Assembly: GCA_963836185.1 (NCBI GenBank) | Contig: CAWIIQ010000001.1 | Location: forward strand, 512,001 to 576,000 | Origin: Candidatus Krumholzibacteriia bacterium | Lineage (GTDB): Bacteria; Krumholzibacteriota; Krumholzibacteriia; Krumholzibacteriales; Krumholzibacteriaceae | Direction: 5' to 3' | Length of the DNA stretch: 64,000 nucleotides | Part shown: positions 1-8,772 of the stretch, piece after piece | Position numbering within the stretch: the stretch's first letter is position 1 | How the letters are laid out: every line of letters begins with the position of its first letter | The notes under the pieces: generated by a model | Told to the model about the DNA's origin: nothing | Seen by the model: the letters and a program-made list of their open reading frames with translations, nothing else | Databases searched by the model: none | Position numbers and translations under genes: made by a program

Positions 1-370
1 GCTGACGGCGCGATTCGATCGTTGTCTCTATAGCCTCGAGCATGGTCTTCAGCGGCAGACTCGAGTACAGGACCACATCGGCGCCCTGCGCGACCAGGTT
101 TGCGTTCTCTTCCTGGGATCTGCTGTCATGGAGAATGATCGTCGTGGGATTTTCGGGCAGATCGTTCAGCATCGCAATCGATGATTCTATCGGATTCGGC
201 ATCAGCGAGGAGCTGATTATCACTATATCGCCATTGGTACGTATCGCTTTCTGGAACGGATTCTTCAGGTGCCAGAAGCTTTCAACGGTCAAGTCATGCC
301 CCGACAGGTGCTTCCGTATCTTCTTGTCGAGCTCTTCGGTCTTGACGGCGATTACTACTCTCAGCAGCAT
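1..370 (-). CDS. Partial regulator with an atypical receiver-like N-terminal domain, probably a sigma54-dependent (NtrC/Fis-type) activator; runs off the window edge
   Basis: Not in the ORF track. Manual translation from ATG at 370 (RBS GAAAGGAG) gives MLLRVVIAVKTEELDKKIRKHLSGHDLTVESF...GDIVIISSSLMPNP...PTTIILHDSRSQEENANLVAQGADVVLYSSLPLKTMLEAIETTIESRR, a REC-like alpha/beta pattern. It is divergent from a -24/-12 motif. No AAA+ domain is visible inside the window. Confidence 0.6.
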   Translation of the reverse strand, partial: MLLRVVIAVKTEELDKKIRKHLSGHDLTVESFWHLKNPFQKAIRTNGDIVIISSSLMPNPIESSIAMLNDLPENPTTIILHDSRSQEENANLVAQGADVVLYSSLPLKTMLEAIETTIESRRQ

Positions 371-609
371 TTCAGCTCCTTTCCATGAAATAATCAGTAT
401 ATATATACCTGTTATCCAGGCCGGCCAATTACATCGTAATATCCTGTATTATACGTCCTTATATGCAATAAATCGTATTCATAAGCCATATCAGATTCTG
501 ATATGAAGATTAAGGAATGAATAACGGTAACATTATACATGAAAATAGAATTAAAAGGTATAAATATACAGATAATTGAGAATCACCCGGGCGGTTGATT
601 TTGCATAAC

Positions 610-629
610 ATCTTATCAATCAATAAGAT
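610..629. promoter_or_regulatory. Inverted repeat ATCTTAT-N6-ATAAGAT, candidate regulator binding site
   Basis: Perfect 7-bp arms in the AT-rich intergenic region, about 30 bp upstream of the -24/-12 motif. Confidence 0.35.
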
Positions 630-656
630 AACGAGATGATACGTTTTCTTGGAAAA

Positions 657-672
657 TGGCTTGTAATATGCG
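657..672 (+). promoter_or_regulatory. Candidate sigma54 (-24/-12) promoter
   Basis: TGGCTTGTAATATGCG has GG(658-659)-N10-GC(670-671) spacing and lies upstream of the 766-5015 operon. Confidence 0.55.
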
Positions 673-765
673 TATACCCCGAATCGATCGTACAATCCGC
701 AAGATGGACCCGCGTTTCATATGCGGCGAGGCATTCAGAACGGAAAGGAACAGAGATAGACGGTT

Positions 766-984
766 ATGGATAGCTTATCAAGAAGGCCTGATGATTCCGA
801 TGATCTCGATTTCGGGGATGACTGGTCTGATGATGATTTCATCGATCCAGACGACATTCCACTGCTTCCCACCAAGGAACAGCGCGAACTGGACGAATAT
901 CTCGAGAGAAAAGAGAAAAAGCGCAAGCTTAAGAAAAGGCGCAAGGAGAAACATGACAGACATCGCGATGGCTGGGATGACTGA
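766..984 (+). CDS. 72-aa highly charged small protein (Asp-rich N-half, Lys/Arg-rich C-half, ends DGWDD)
   Basis: ORF with genome-like codon usage and strongly biased composition. First ORF after the putative sigma54 promoter. RBS is weak. Confidence 0.6.
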   Translation: MDSLSRRPDDSDDLDFGDDWSDDDFIDPDDIPLLPTKEQRELDEYLERKEKKRKLKKRRKEKHDRHRDGWDD

Positions 985-1051
985 AGCAACGGATGTCCGG
1001 GATTCAGTCTCTGAGCCTCTTTCGTACATCGTGAAAGGAAATATCGATCCG

Positions 1052-1450
1052 ATGAAAAACGATGAAACCTGGTTCGGGCAGGGCCGGGAGGCCCCGGCCG
1101 ATGTCTGGGGCCTCGCGTCCAGCATAGACATCTACGGATGTGATCCGGATGCTATCAGGGACGCTGACCTGATAAGGAGATTTACCGCCGAGTTGTGTGA
1201 TCTCATCGAGATGAAGCGGTTCGGCGAGACACAGGTAGTCCACTTTGGTGAGGATGAGAAGGTCGCGGGGTACTCGATGGTCCAGCTGATAGAGACGTCG
1301 CTGATCTCAGCTCATTTCGCCAACCAGTCGAATGCCGTATATCTCGACGTGTTCAGCTGTAAATCCTACGACCCCGATACGGTGCGGGAGTTCGCGCGTA
1401 AATATTTCGGCGGGCAGCATACCATCATGAATGTCAACTACAGGCGCTAG
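1052..1450 (+). CDS. S-adenosylmethionine decarboxylase-like pyruvoyl proenzyme (SpeD/SpeH fold)
   Basis: IDIYGCD, GYSMVQLIETSLISAHF and YLDVFSCK motifs. Start placed at ATG 1052 after GAAAGGAA; the 656 start is an in-frame extension overlapping the 72-aa ORF. Substrate uncertain. Confidence 0.85.
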   Translation: MKNDETWFGQGREAPADVWGLASSIDIYGCDPDAIRDADLIRRFTAELCDLIEMKRFGETQVVHFGEDEKVAGYSMVQLIETSLISAHFANQSNAVYLDVFSCKSYDPDTVREFARKYFGGQHTIMNVNYRR

Positions 1451-1453
1451 GAA

Positions 1454-2419
1454 ATGAATATACGCACGAGCTGCGATCTCGAAGAAGCCGGCAGGGTCTG
1501 GCGTGAACTCTGGCCTGCCGAGGATGTCTTCGATTGCTGGGAAGTACGTGAATGCTTCCAGAAGAGCTTCGGCCGCCCGATTCATTTTATTATTGCAGAG
1601 TCAAACGGCAGACCCGCCGGTTTCATCGGACTCAGCTGGATAGATGAGGAGGGTTACTACGGACAGTTCCCCGGTGAGACATGGAGGGGCAGGACATGGT
1701 TCGAGCAGAACCGGATCCCAGCCAGCTCCGACATCGTGAGAATGATGCTCTGGGACGCCGCGCCCGGCGACACGAAGCTTCGCTATCTCGTCGCCGATTC
1801 CGGCGGGCTGCTTCCAGGAAGCACAGTCGATGAGACCGGATATATTTTCCGTCCGCCGCAGTACGGTTACGATTTCGAAAGATACTGGAATGCGTATTCC
1901 GGCAAATCGCGGAAGAAGATCGGTCGGGAGATCGAAGCTCTGGGAGACCTCACATACTCGTATGACAGAGTTGATTCAGGGGACATCGAGTGGATGTTCG
2001 ATACGAACAAGGCGAATTTCGGGGCCGATTCATACTTCGAAGATCCACGGTTTCTCGATGGTTTTGAGTCACTGATCTCGCTTTTATCAGAAAAAGGCAT
2101 GCTGCGTGTCTCAAAGGTAAGTCTGAAGGGCAGGCGAGCCGCCGTTGACGTAGGAGCAGTATGCGGGGGACGGTATACAGTGCTGGCGGGGGCCACCGAC
2201 CCGGAACTGCGAGGGGTCGCGAAAGCGATCAACCTTTTTCATATTAAATGGGGATGCCGGTTGCGGGTCGATCAGATCGACTTTCTTTGCGGGGATTTTG
2301 GATGGAAGAGACGCTTTCACCTCGAGCCGCGTCCCTTATTCCTGTCGACAAAGGCCGTTTCCGGGGCAGCAGTCGTGACTTCGGAAAAGAGAAAGGTCGA
2401 AAGTGTCATCGCATGTTGA
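1454..2419 (+). CDS. GNAT-family acyltransferase (Acetyltransf_6 / CelD-BcsL / Fem-like)
   Basis: SGKSRKKIGREI, GVAKAINLFHIKWGC and IDFLCGDFGWKRRF match the C-terminal signature of this double-GNAT family. Confidence 0.75.
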   Translation: MNIRTSCDLEEAGRVWRELWPAEDVFDCWEVRECFQKSFGRPIHFIIAESNGRPAGFIGLSWIDEEGYYGQFPGETWRGRTWFEQNRIPASSDIVRMMLWDAAPGDTKLRYLVADSGGLLPGSTVDETGYIFRPPQYGYDFERYWNAYSGKSRKKIGREIEALGDLTYSYDRVDSGDIEWMFDTNKANFGADSYFEDPRFLDGFESLISLLSEKGMLRVSKVSLKGRRAAVDVGAVCGGRYTVLAGATDPELRGVAKAINLFHIKWGCRLRVDQIDFLCGDFGWKRRFHLEPRPLFLSTKAVSGAAVVTSEKRKVESVIAC

Positions 2420-3674
2420 TCCGGTGATCGTAGTCGGGACTACAGCTGACTATGTCGAGAGGATCGGCGAGAGGATGCCGGAGAGAACCATATTTCTTTC
2501 CGACCTCGATATATATGCGGATTCGTTACGTTCCATGCCCGCGAGAGTATACCAGGTCTTCTCATCGCTCCGCGATCCGGACGAGTCATTCTCCAGACTG
2601 CGGAGATTCATGGATGATAAGGGGCTCAGCCCCGGAGGCGTAGCGTGCTTTGACTGCGAATCTCTTCTTCTCGCCGCCGATATCGCGCGGAGATTATCTC
2701 TGCCTTTTCCCACATGGGAAGCCGTGATGAACACTCGCGACAAGCTCATCTCGAGGAGGCTGTGGCACGAGAATGGGATCAAGTGCCCCAGGGCAATAAC
2801 GGCGCGTGACGAGGATGACGTGAGAGCTTTCATAGAGATAATGGACCGTGCCGTTGTCCTGAAACCGGCCACGCTCAGCGGAAGCGAGCTGACTTTCGTA
2901 TGTGAAAGGCCCGAAGACGCAGTCGAAGCGTTTCGTGTGATAAGAGACGGTCTTCGCCGGAGAGTGACCGACAAGACACTCAACAGGGACCGCATAGTCG
3001 ACGAGAACATTGTCTTATGTGAGGAATATATAGATGGGCACGAATACAGCTGCGATTTTATCAGTGACAAACATGAGACAAAGATCATAAGGACGGCCCG
3101 AAAGTATCTGATGGAAGAGGGACCCGCCGGAACAGCGCAGGCGTATGAAGTGCCGGGGATGTCGCGTGAAAAAGCGGACGCGATCGATCTCGCCGGACGT
3201 GTATCAAGAGCCGCCAGGGTGCTGGGGCTGGAGCGCTGCCAGGGGATGGCTGATTTCATCATGAGGGCTGGAGCGCCGTATTTTCTGGAGATAACACCGA
3301 GGCCCGGGGGCGATTGCCTGCCGCAGATAATAGAGCATAGCTGCGGCATGGATATGCTCGGGACACATATCGATTTCTCGGCAGGAAGAAAACCGCGGAT
3401 AGTTCCTGAGAAAGACTGGAAACATACCGTTGGACTCAGGATCCACGCGAAGAGGCGGGGGCGCCTGTCGGCGATCCGTCTCTGGGCCGACCGAGTCCGG
3501 CAGGAGATCCTGGAGACAGGATGGTACAGGGAACCGGGAGACAGGATCGGATTGCCGCCTGAAGACTACAGGACATGGGTCATAGGCCATGTGATCTTCA
3601 GGCCGCTTCAAGGAGTGGCCGTATCCGATCAGATCGAGGATCTGATGGAAGCGGTCGAGATCAGGATAGAGTAA
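2403..3674 (+). CDS. ATP-grasp ligase (L-amino-acid-ligase-like)
   Basis: RDKLISRRLW, VVLKPATLSGS, CEEYIDGHEYSCD and FLEITPRPGGD motifs, plus a LAL-type C-terminal region. Overlaps the GNAT stop. Confidence 0.85.
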   Translation: MSSHVDPVIVVGTTADYVERIGERMPERTIFLSDLDIYADSLRSMPARVYQVFSSLRDPDESFSRLRRFMDDKGLSPGGVACFDCESLLLAADIARRLSLPFPTWEAVMNTRDKLISRRLWHENGIKCPRAITARDEDDVRAFIEIMDRAVVLKPATLSGSELTFVCERPEDAVEAFRVIRDGLRRRVTDKTLNRDRIVDENIVLCEEYIDGHEYSCDFISDKHETKIIRTARKYLMEEGPAGTAQAYEVPGMSREKADAIDLAGRVSRAARVLGLERCQGMADFIMRAGAPYFLEITPRPGGDCLPQIIEHSCGMDMLGTHIDFSAGRKPRIVPEKDWKHTVGLRIHAKRRGRLSAIRLWADRVRQEILETGWYREPGDRIGLPPEDYRTWVIGHVIFRPLQGVAVSDQIEDLMEAVEIRIE

Positions 3675-3686
3675 GGGTATTCAGCG

Positions 3687-5015
3687 ATGGCGGAAGAAAA
3701 GAATATGCTCGAACGGGCGCGGCTGATCTTGAGGCAGGATGTCCCGCCGATGGATCAGGGGCGTATGGAAAGATTCGTGGGGTCGTGCGTTTCACAGGCG
3801 GATCTCTTTCTGGATCTGCGGGAAAAACACGGAGCGCCTCTTTACATCGTCGATCGCGGCGGACTGGTAAACGAGTTCGAAAGAATGCGGGAAGCGTTCA
3901 AAGTACTTCCGGGCGAGGTCGAAATATTCTATGCCCTGAAAAGCAACAGTATGCCCGAGATCTCGGATATCCTCGCCGGCGCCGGCGCCGGCCTCGATGT
4001 TTCGAGCGGAAAGGAACTGAGACTCGCGATAGAAGCGGGAGCGCGGTCGATAATATTCAGCGGACCGGGCAAGACGGATGACGAACTGGCCCTGGTGATC
4101 GATCATGCGGATCGTGTCACGCTGATGATAGACAGTTTCGGTGAGTTCGACCGGCTTGACCGGCTCACGCGGGAAAAAAGGAAAACGGTCAATGCAGGCG
4201 TACGGCTCACCGTGAATCCGACCGGTCTCTGGCGCAAGTTCGGGATCCCGCTCAAGGAGCTGGCCCGGTTTTTTGCCGGGGTTGACAGAAGCCCGTTCAT
4301 CCAGTTCGAGGGATTGCAGTTTCATACGAGCTGGAACCTTACCCCTGAAGCGCATATATCATTTATCGGTGAACTGGGCGCGGCTCTGAAATCCCTGCCC
4401 GATATGATCTCGAGGGAGATCAGCTTCATCGATCTTGGAGGGGGGTTCTGGCCCGAGCACGGCGAGTGGCTTCGCGCCGGCGGCACAGAACCCGGCAGGT
4501 TGCGTAACCTCCTGATGCCGGAAAGGCCCGACACCTCGTCCAGATACATCCTGGAGAGCGCGGATATCAGTGAGTTTGCCGTAGGGATCGCGTCAGCGCT
4601 GGATAAGTCGCTTCCATCGTCGATTAACTGCCGATTCTTCATCGAACCGGGGCGCTGGCTCTGCCATCAGAACATGCACATCCTTCTGACAGTCGTAGAT
4701 GTGAAGGCATCCGACATCGTGATAACAGATGCGGGCACTAATGCCATAGGGTGGGAAAGGTTCGAACACGACTATTTCCCCGTGATCAACCTGTCCGACC
4801 CGGATATCCGCGAGCATCCATGTCATGTCTTCGGATCGCTGTGCACTCCCCATGACGTATGGGGTTATTCGTATTTCGGCAGGGGGATCAGCAGGGGCGA
4901 TGTGCTTCTTATACCCTCGCAGGGAGCCTATACGTACAGCCTCAGGCAGGAATTCATCAAGCCTCTCCCCGCTAAAGTCGTCGTGCAGGGCCCGCTCGAT
5001 CTTCGCTGGTTGTGA
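3687..5015 (+). CDS. PLP-dependent fold-type III decarboxylase (LysA/ODC/CASDC family)
   Basis: FYALKSN (PLP lysine), FSGPGKT, KFGI, IDLGGGF, FIEPGRW, GSLCTPHD and GAYTYS motifs. Confidence 0.9.
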   Translation: MAEEKNMLERARLILRQDVPPMDQGRMERFVGSCVSQADLFLDLREKHGAPLYIVDRGGLVNEFERMREAFKVLPGEVEIFYALKSNSMPEISDILAGAGAGLDVSSGKELRLAIEAGARSIIFSGPGKTDDELALVIDHADRVTLMIDSFGEFDRLDRLTREKRKTVNAGVRLTVNPTGLWRKFGIPLKELARFFAGVDRSPFIQFEGLQFHTSWNLTPEAHISFIGELGAALKSLPDMISREISFIDLGGGFWPEHGEWLRAGGTEPGRLRNLLMPERPDTSSRYILESADISEFAVGIASALDKSLPSSINCRFFIEPGRWLCHQNMHILLTVVDVKASDIVITDAGTNAIGWERFEHDYFPVINLSDPDIREHPCHVFGSLCTPHDVWGYSYFGRGISRGDVLLIPSQGAYTYSLRQEFIKPLPAKVVVQGPLDLRWL

Positions 5016-5114
5016 TAAATAGCGGTGCAGGACCCGCTCAGTGACGACCGGTATTTCGTTCAGGGCCCGCACGACTTTGACACGACAACTTTGAATATAC
5101 AGGCGCCCCTCAGT
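4983..5114 (+). repeat. Four degenerate 18-bp copies of the decarboxylase 3' segment
   Basis: gtgcagggcccgctcgat (4983), gtgcaggacccgctcagt (5025), gttcagggcccgcacgac (5058), atacaggcgcccctcagt (5097). All four are in the decarboxylase reading frame. Confidence 0.6.
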
Positions 5115-5160
5115 GTATGTAGAATGAATCCAATCTCGTACACACACAAAGGAGGGCGCC

Positions 5161-6033
5161 ATGTTATTTTTTATAGGAGCTGCGGTCCTGTTCTTCTTCC
5201 TGATAGGCATCAGGATAGTCAGGCCCACTCACAGGGGGCTCGTCGAGAGGCTCGGAAAGTACAACCGCTTCGCTCAGCCGGGATTCCACTGGGTATTTCC
5301 CCTGATCGAGCGGATGATCAGGATCAACGTCACCGAACAGATGGTCGACGCCCAGCCGCAGGAGATCATCACAAACGACAACCTCAACGCGCGAGTCGAC
5401 GCCCAGGTATACTTCAAGGTCAAGAATGACGAAGAGAGCGTGAAGAGCTCGCAGTACAACGTCAACGACTACCAGTACCAGATAGTCAACCTCGCTCGCA
5501 CGACGCTTCGTAACATCATCGGTACGCTGACCCTCAAGTCGGCGAACAGCGAGCGCGACAAGATCAACGGCGAGCTGCTCACAACGCTTGCCAACGAGAC
5601 GAAGAACTGGGGTATGGAGATAGTCAGGACCGAGCTCAAGGAGATCGATCCTCCGAAGGATGTACAGGAGACGATGAACAAGGTCGTCAAGGCGGAGAAC
5701 GAGAAGATCGCAGCGCTTGATTACGCCAACGCGGTGGAGCGCCAGGCGGACGGAACGAAGCGCTCCGAGATCAAGAAGGCCGAGGGCATCAGGCAGGCAC
5801 GGATCCTCGCGGCCGAAGGAGAGGCCGAAGCGATCAGGCTCGTCAACGAGGCAGCGAACAAGTATTTCATCGGAAACGCGCAGATCCTAAGGAAGCTCGA
5901 GACGGTGGAGAACGCGCTGAAGAACAACGCGAAGATAGTCGTCCCTGCTGACTCGGAGCTGGTCAACGTCATCGGCGAGCTCGGCGGCGTCGTGCCGGTC
6001 GGAAGGAAGGGTGGCGCGGAGACGGAGGCGTAG
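5161..6033 (+). CDS. SPFH/Band 7 (stomatin/QmcA-like) membrane protein
   Basis: N-terminal TM, VERLGKY, QEIITNDN, WGMEIVRTELKEIDPP and AEGEAEAI coiled coil. RBS AAGGAGG. Confidence 0.93.
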   Translation: MLFFIGAAVLFFFLIGIRIVRPTHRGLVERLGKYNRFAQPGFHWVFPLIERMIRINVTEQMVDAQPQEIITNDNLNARVDAQVYFKVKNDEESVKSSQYNVNDYQYQIVNLARTTLRNIIGTLTLKSANSERDKINGELLTTLANETKNWGMEIVRTELKEIDPPKDVQETMNKVVKAENEKIAALDYANAVERQADGTKRSEIKKAEGIRQARILAAEGEAEAIRLVNEAANKYFIGNAQILRKLETVENALKNNAKIVVPADSELVNVIGELGGVVPVGRKGGAETEA

Positions 6034-6065
6034 GCGGCATTCCGCTGAAAAGAGACATCTATGAT

Positions 6066-6093
6066 AACGGGGGCGTTTTTCGCCCCCGTTTTT
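6066..6093 (+). terminator. Rho-independent terminator
   Basis: AACGGGGGCG-TTTTT-CGCCCCCGTT followed by T residues. Confidence 0.8.
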
Positions 6094-6133
6094 CATCTAC
6101 CCCGAGATATCCTCCGAATAACGTTGCAATCCG

Positions 6134-6176
6134 TTCAGACTGTGCTAAAAATATAGTACGTTCAGAAAGGATTGAA
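6134..6176. promoter_or_regulatory. Two imperfect TTCAG-N6-YTRAA boxes, candidate autoregulatory operator
   Basis: TTCAG-ACTGTG-CTAAA (6134-6149) and TTCAG-AAAGGA-TTGAA (6161-6176, covering the RBS). Confidence 0.35.
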
Positions 6177-6178
6177 AC

Positions 6179-6679
6179 ATGATGACGGAAGAACACAATC
6201 ATTTCATCGAGACATGGGGCTCGATGGGGGTGCTCTGGGGGATCAACAGATCGATGGCGAGGATTCACGCATTCATCATGCTCTGCGAGGAGCCGGTCGA
6301 CCTCGAGACCGTATCCGAGGAGCTCAACATCAGCCGCGGCAACGCGAGCATGTCGCTAAAGGAGCTGAGGAACTGGGGAGTGATACACCGCGTCCATATC
6401 TCGGGCGACCGTCGCGACTTCTATATCGCCGAGCCTGACATCTGGAAGATGCTCTTCAGTATCGCGCGGGTCCGCAAGGAACGCGAATTCGATCCGGCCC
6501 TCGAGGCGCTTCGCGGCCTGCTATCCAACGCGGGGCTGGCGAAGGGGAGCGGAGTCTATACACGGATGAACGATCTGGAGAAATCGTGCAGCAAGTTTGA
6601 CAGGATCCTGATGAAGGCCCTTGGCAATGAGAAAAGGAGCAGGGTGATGCTCGACCTGCTTGCTGTCTACAAGGACTGA
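6179..6679 (+). CDS. GbsR/MarR-family transcriptional regulator
   Basis: FIETWGSMGVLWGINRSMARIHA...ISRGNASMSLKELRNWG...GDRRDFY is the GbsR-type signature. Confidence 0.9.
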   Translation: MMTEEHNHFIETWGSMGVLWGINRSMARIHAFIMLCEEPVDLETVSEELNISRGNASMSLKELRNWGVIHRVHISGDRRDFYIAEPDIWKMLFSIARVRKEREFDPALEALRGLLSNAGLAKGSGVYTRMNDLEKSCSKFDRILMKALGNEKRSRVMLDLLAVYKD

Positions 6680-6707
6680 GAATCACCCTGCCGCCCCACC
6701 GTATCTA

Positions 6708-8076
6708 TTATTTTACGGTCCTTTCCGAGATGTCCACGCGGCCGCTGTCATAGTGCCCGCGCAGAATCGTCGGTACCCCGTCATCGCCGACGACCACTTC
6801 GAGCCTGAAGAAGTCGAGCTCATCGAAACAGAACATCGTTTCTGAGATCGCGTACATCCTGAACTTCGGGCGCTCCTCGCGCTGGTAGTACAGCTGACCG
6901 TCCTCGAACAGGATATTGCGGGGCCCGTACTTCCCGGCATAGCTCTTCATCGTCTTTTCGTCGATCTTGAAAGGTTCGCGGATCGCTTCGTAGCGTTCGA
7001 GCGCCCAGCCGAGACTTTCCTTCAGTTCGGGGATCTCCGCTTCTTCGTATAGCTTCTTGAGAGCTTCGTACTTCGCTACTTCGAGCGCGTCCTGCTGCGG
7101 AACCTGGATGTGAGGCTCGATTCCGGTGCCTTCCCAGTTGGTCATCGTTATCGGATTGACCGCGCGTCCGAAGGGAACACCGAGCTTGACGCCGAGGTCG
7201 GGGAATACCACAGTCGTGGTCGGGTGCGCCCCTCCGCCGGTCGTCTCGCCGATTATCGTGGCCCGTTCGAGGTTCTTCATGTTGTAGGTGAATTCCTCCG
7301 CGCCGGAGAAGGTCCTCCTGGCGGTGAGAATGTAGAGCGGTTTGTCGGCGAGGCTGGGCCCCTCGATATGCGACTGGGTCCAGAACTGCTTTATCGTGTC
7401 GGCCTCGCGGATGTAGAAGTTGTTGAGATGGGTAGCCTCCTCGAAGAAGTAGCTCGAGATGAGCTGGACCATCGTCGGGCTGCCGCCGCCGTTCTCGCGC
7501 AGGTCGATGATCACCGCGTAGCAGTTGGCGAGGAAGTTCATCGCCGCTACCGCCGTCGCGCCGCCGTATTTGGCGTTCGGCGAAGCCGTTGAACTTGAGG
7601 TACCCGATGTTGTTTTCGAGCCGCTCGACCCTTTCGAATCCGAAATTCGAATATGCCGCACGCGCGATGCGCATCTCCCTGTCATCGTCGGTCGGCTCAT
7701 CCTGCCTGGCGATGCGGATATCTTCCTCGGTGGCGGGGAAGACCCACAGGTGCCGGTCATGGCTGATCTCCTCCATGTCCTCGGTCAATCTCCTGGTGAA
7801 GACGTCGAGATCGTCGAGGTCATCGTATTTGCCCTTCTTGAGGTTTTTGGACAGGGTCTTGCCCATCTTTTCGGCCGTCTCGGCGAAGATGTACGTCTTG
7901 TCGAGGTGGAACCGGACGCTGTCGATGATCGCGGCCTTCGTGTCCTTGTCGAGTTCCGCGGCATCGGCGCCGGAGGGAAGGAACACGAGGAATGTCGCGG
8001 CGAGCAGCACTGCCGCCAGCACGATTATTATGAGCGCCATTTTTAAAGTATTGTGATCACCGGTCTCTGTTTTCAT
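6708..8076 (-). CDS. Secreted S41-family peptidase, frameshifted near 7577
   Basis: The N-part has a signal peptide, HDRHL and NIGYLKFNGF. It continues in another frame as IIDLRENGGG, TFSGAEEFTY, IIGETTGGGAHP and WEGTGIEPH. Removing one base restores FADAKYGG. Confidence 0.85.
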
Positions 8077-8552
8077 CTCCTGTTCCTTTCTCCGATACGT
8101 TCACTGAGACTTCTTTCGTCGAAGGCGTCTTCGATGCCGGCGAGTCCGCTGAGAAAGTCGACTCCCGTCTCATCGACGACACCGGTAGTGACATCGCTGA
8201 CATCTTTCCACAGCGGCTCGAGCGCCGTTACCGTCTCCCTGCCTTTTGCTGTAAGGGAGATCAGGCGCCGCCTTCCGTCATCCGCGTCCCTTTCGTAAGT
8301 AATAAGGCCCTTGCTGTGCATCCCCGCGACCATCTGGCTGACAGCCGGGCGGGAGACCCCGAGTTTATCCGCCATCTCCGAGGCGGTGATCCCGTCCCTC
8401 TGAGAGAGCATCCACGCGGCGAGAAACCAGGAGTCGTTAAAATCGATCCCCCGGTCGCGGTAGACCTTCGACGCCTCGACCTTGAGGCGCTCGGCAAGCC
8501 TCTTCATCCGGCTCGCCAGTGCGAAGATCCCGAGTTCTCTCAGTGTGTCCAT
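8073..8552 (-). CDS. MarR-family transcriptional regulator
   Basis: wHTH ASEMADKLGVSRPAVSQMV and DGRRRLISLTAKG. Overlaps the peptidase start. Confidence 0.9.
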   Translation of the reverse strand: MDTLRELGIFALASRMKRLAERLKVEASKVYRDRGIDFNDSWFLAAWMLSQRDGITASEMADKLGVSRPAVSQMVAGMHSKGLITYERDADDGRRRLISLTAKGRETVTALEPLWKDVSDVTTGVVDETGVDFLSGLAGIEDAFDERSLSERIGERNRR

Positions 8553-8577
8553 CGAAATGACCTCTTCCGGCTATTTA

Positions 8578-8591
8578 GTTAAGCCCTTAAC
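8578..8591. promoter_or_regulatory. Palindrome GTTAAG-CC-CTTAAC, candidate MarR operator
   Basis: Perfect 6-bp arms about 25 bp upstream of the marR start. Confidence 0.45.
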
Positions 8592-8706
8592 CATCTCTGT
8601 ATTAATATACGCCTGATGGGTCTCCGTGTTCCAGAAAAAATCATTAGATGATGGTATATATGCAGTTACATGAGCCTGGAGGTGCCGTTGTCAGATCGTT
8701 CTGAAG

Positions 8707-8772
8707 GTACGGTGGTCACATCAGTTGATAGTGTGGCGATCACATCAGTTGATGGTGCGGTGGTCACATCAG
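8707..8772. repeat. 24-bp tandem repeat (about 2.75 copies) spanning the stop codon of the 8764-9303 gene
   Basis: gtacggtggtcacatcagttgata / gtgtggcgatcacatcagttgatg / gtgcggtggtcacatcag. Confidence 0.85.

Noticed and set aside
656-1051. N-terminal extension of the 264-aa SpeD ORF
   Set aside because: It overlaps the promoter motif and the more convincing 72-aa ORF. SpeD similarity and an RBS begin at 1052.
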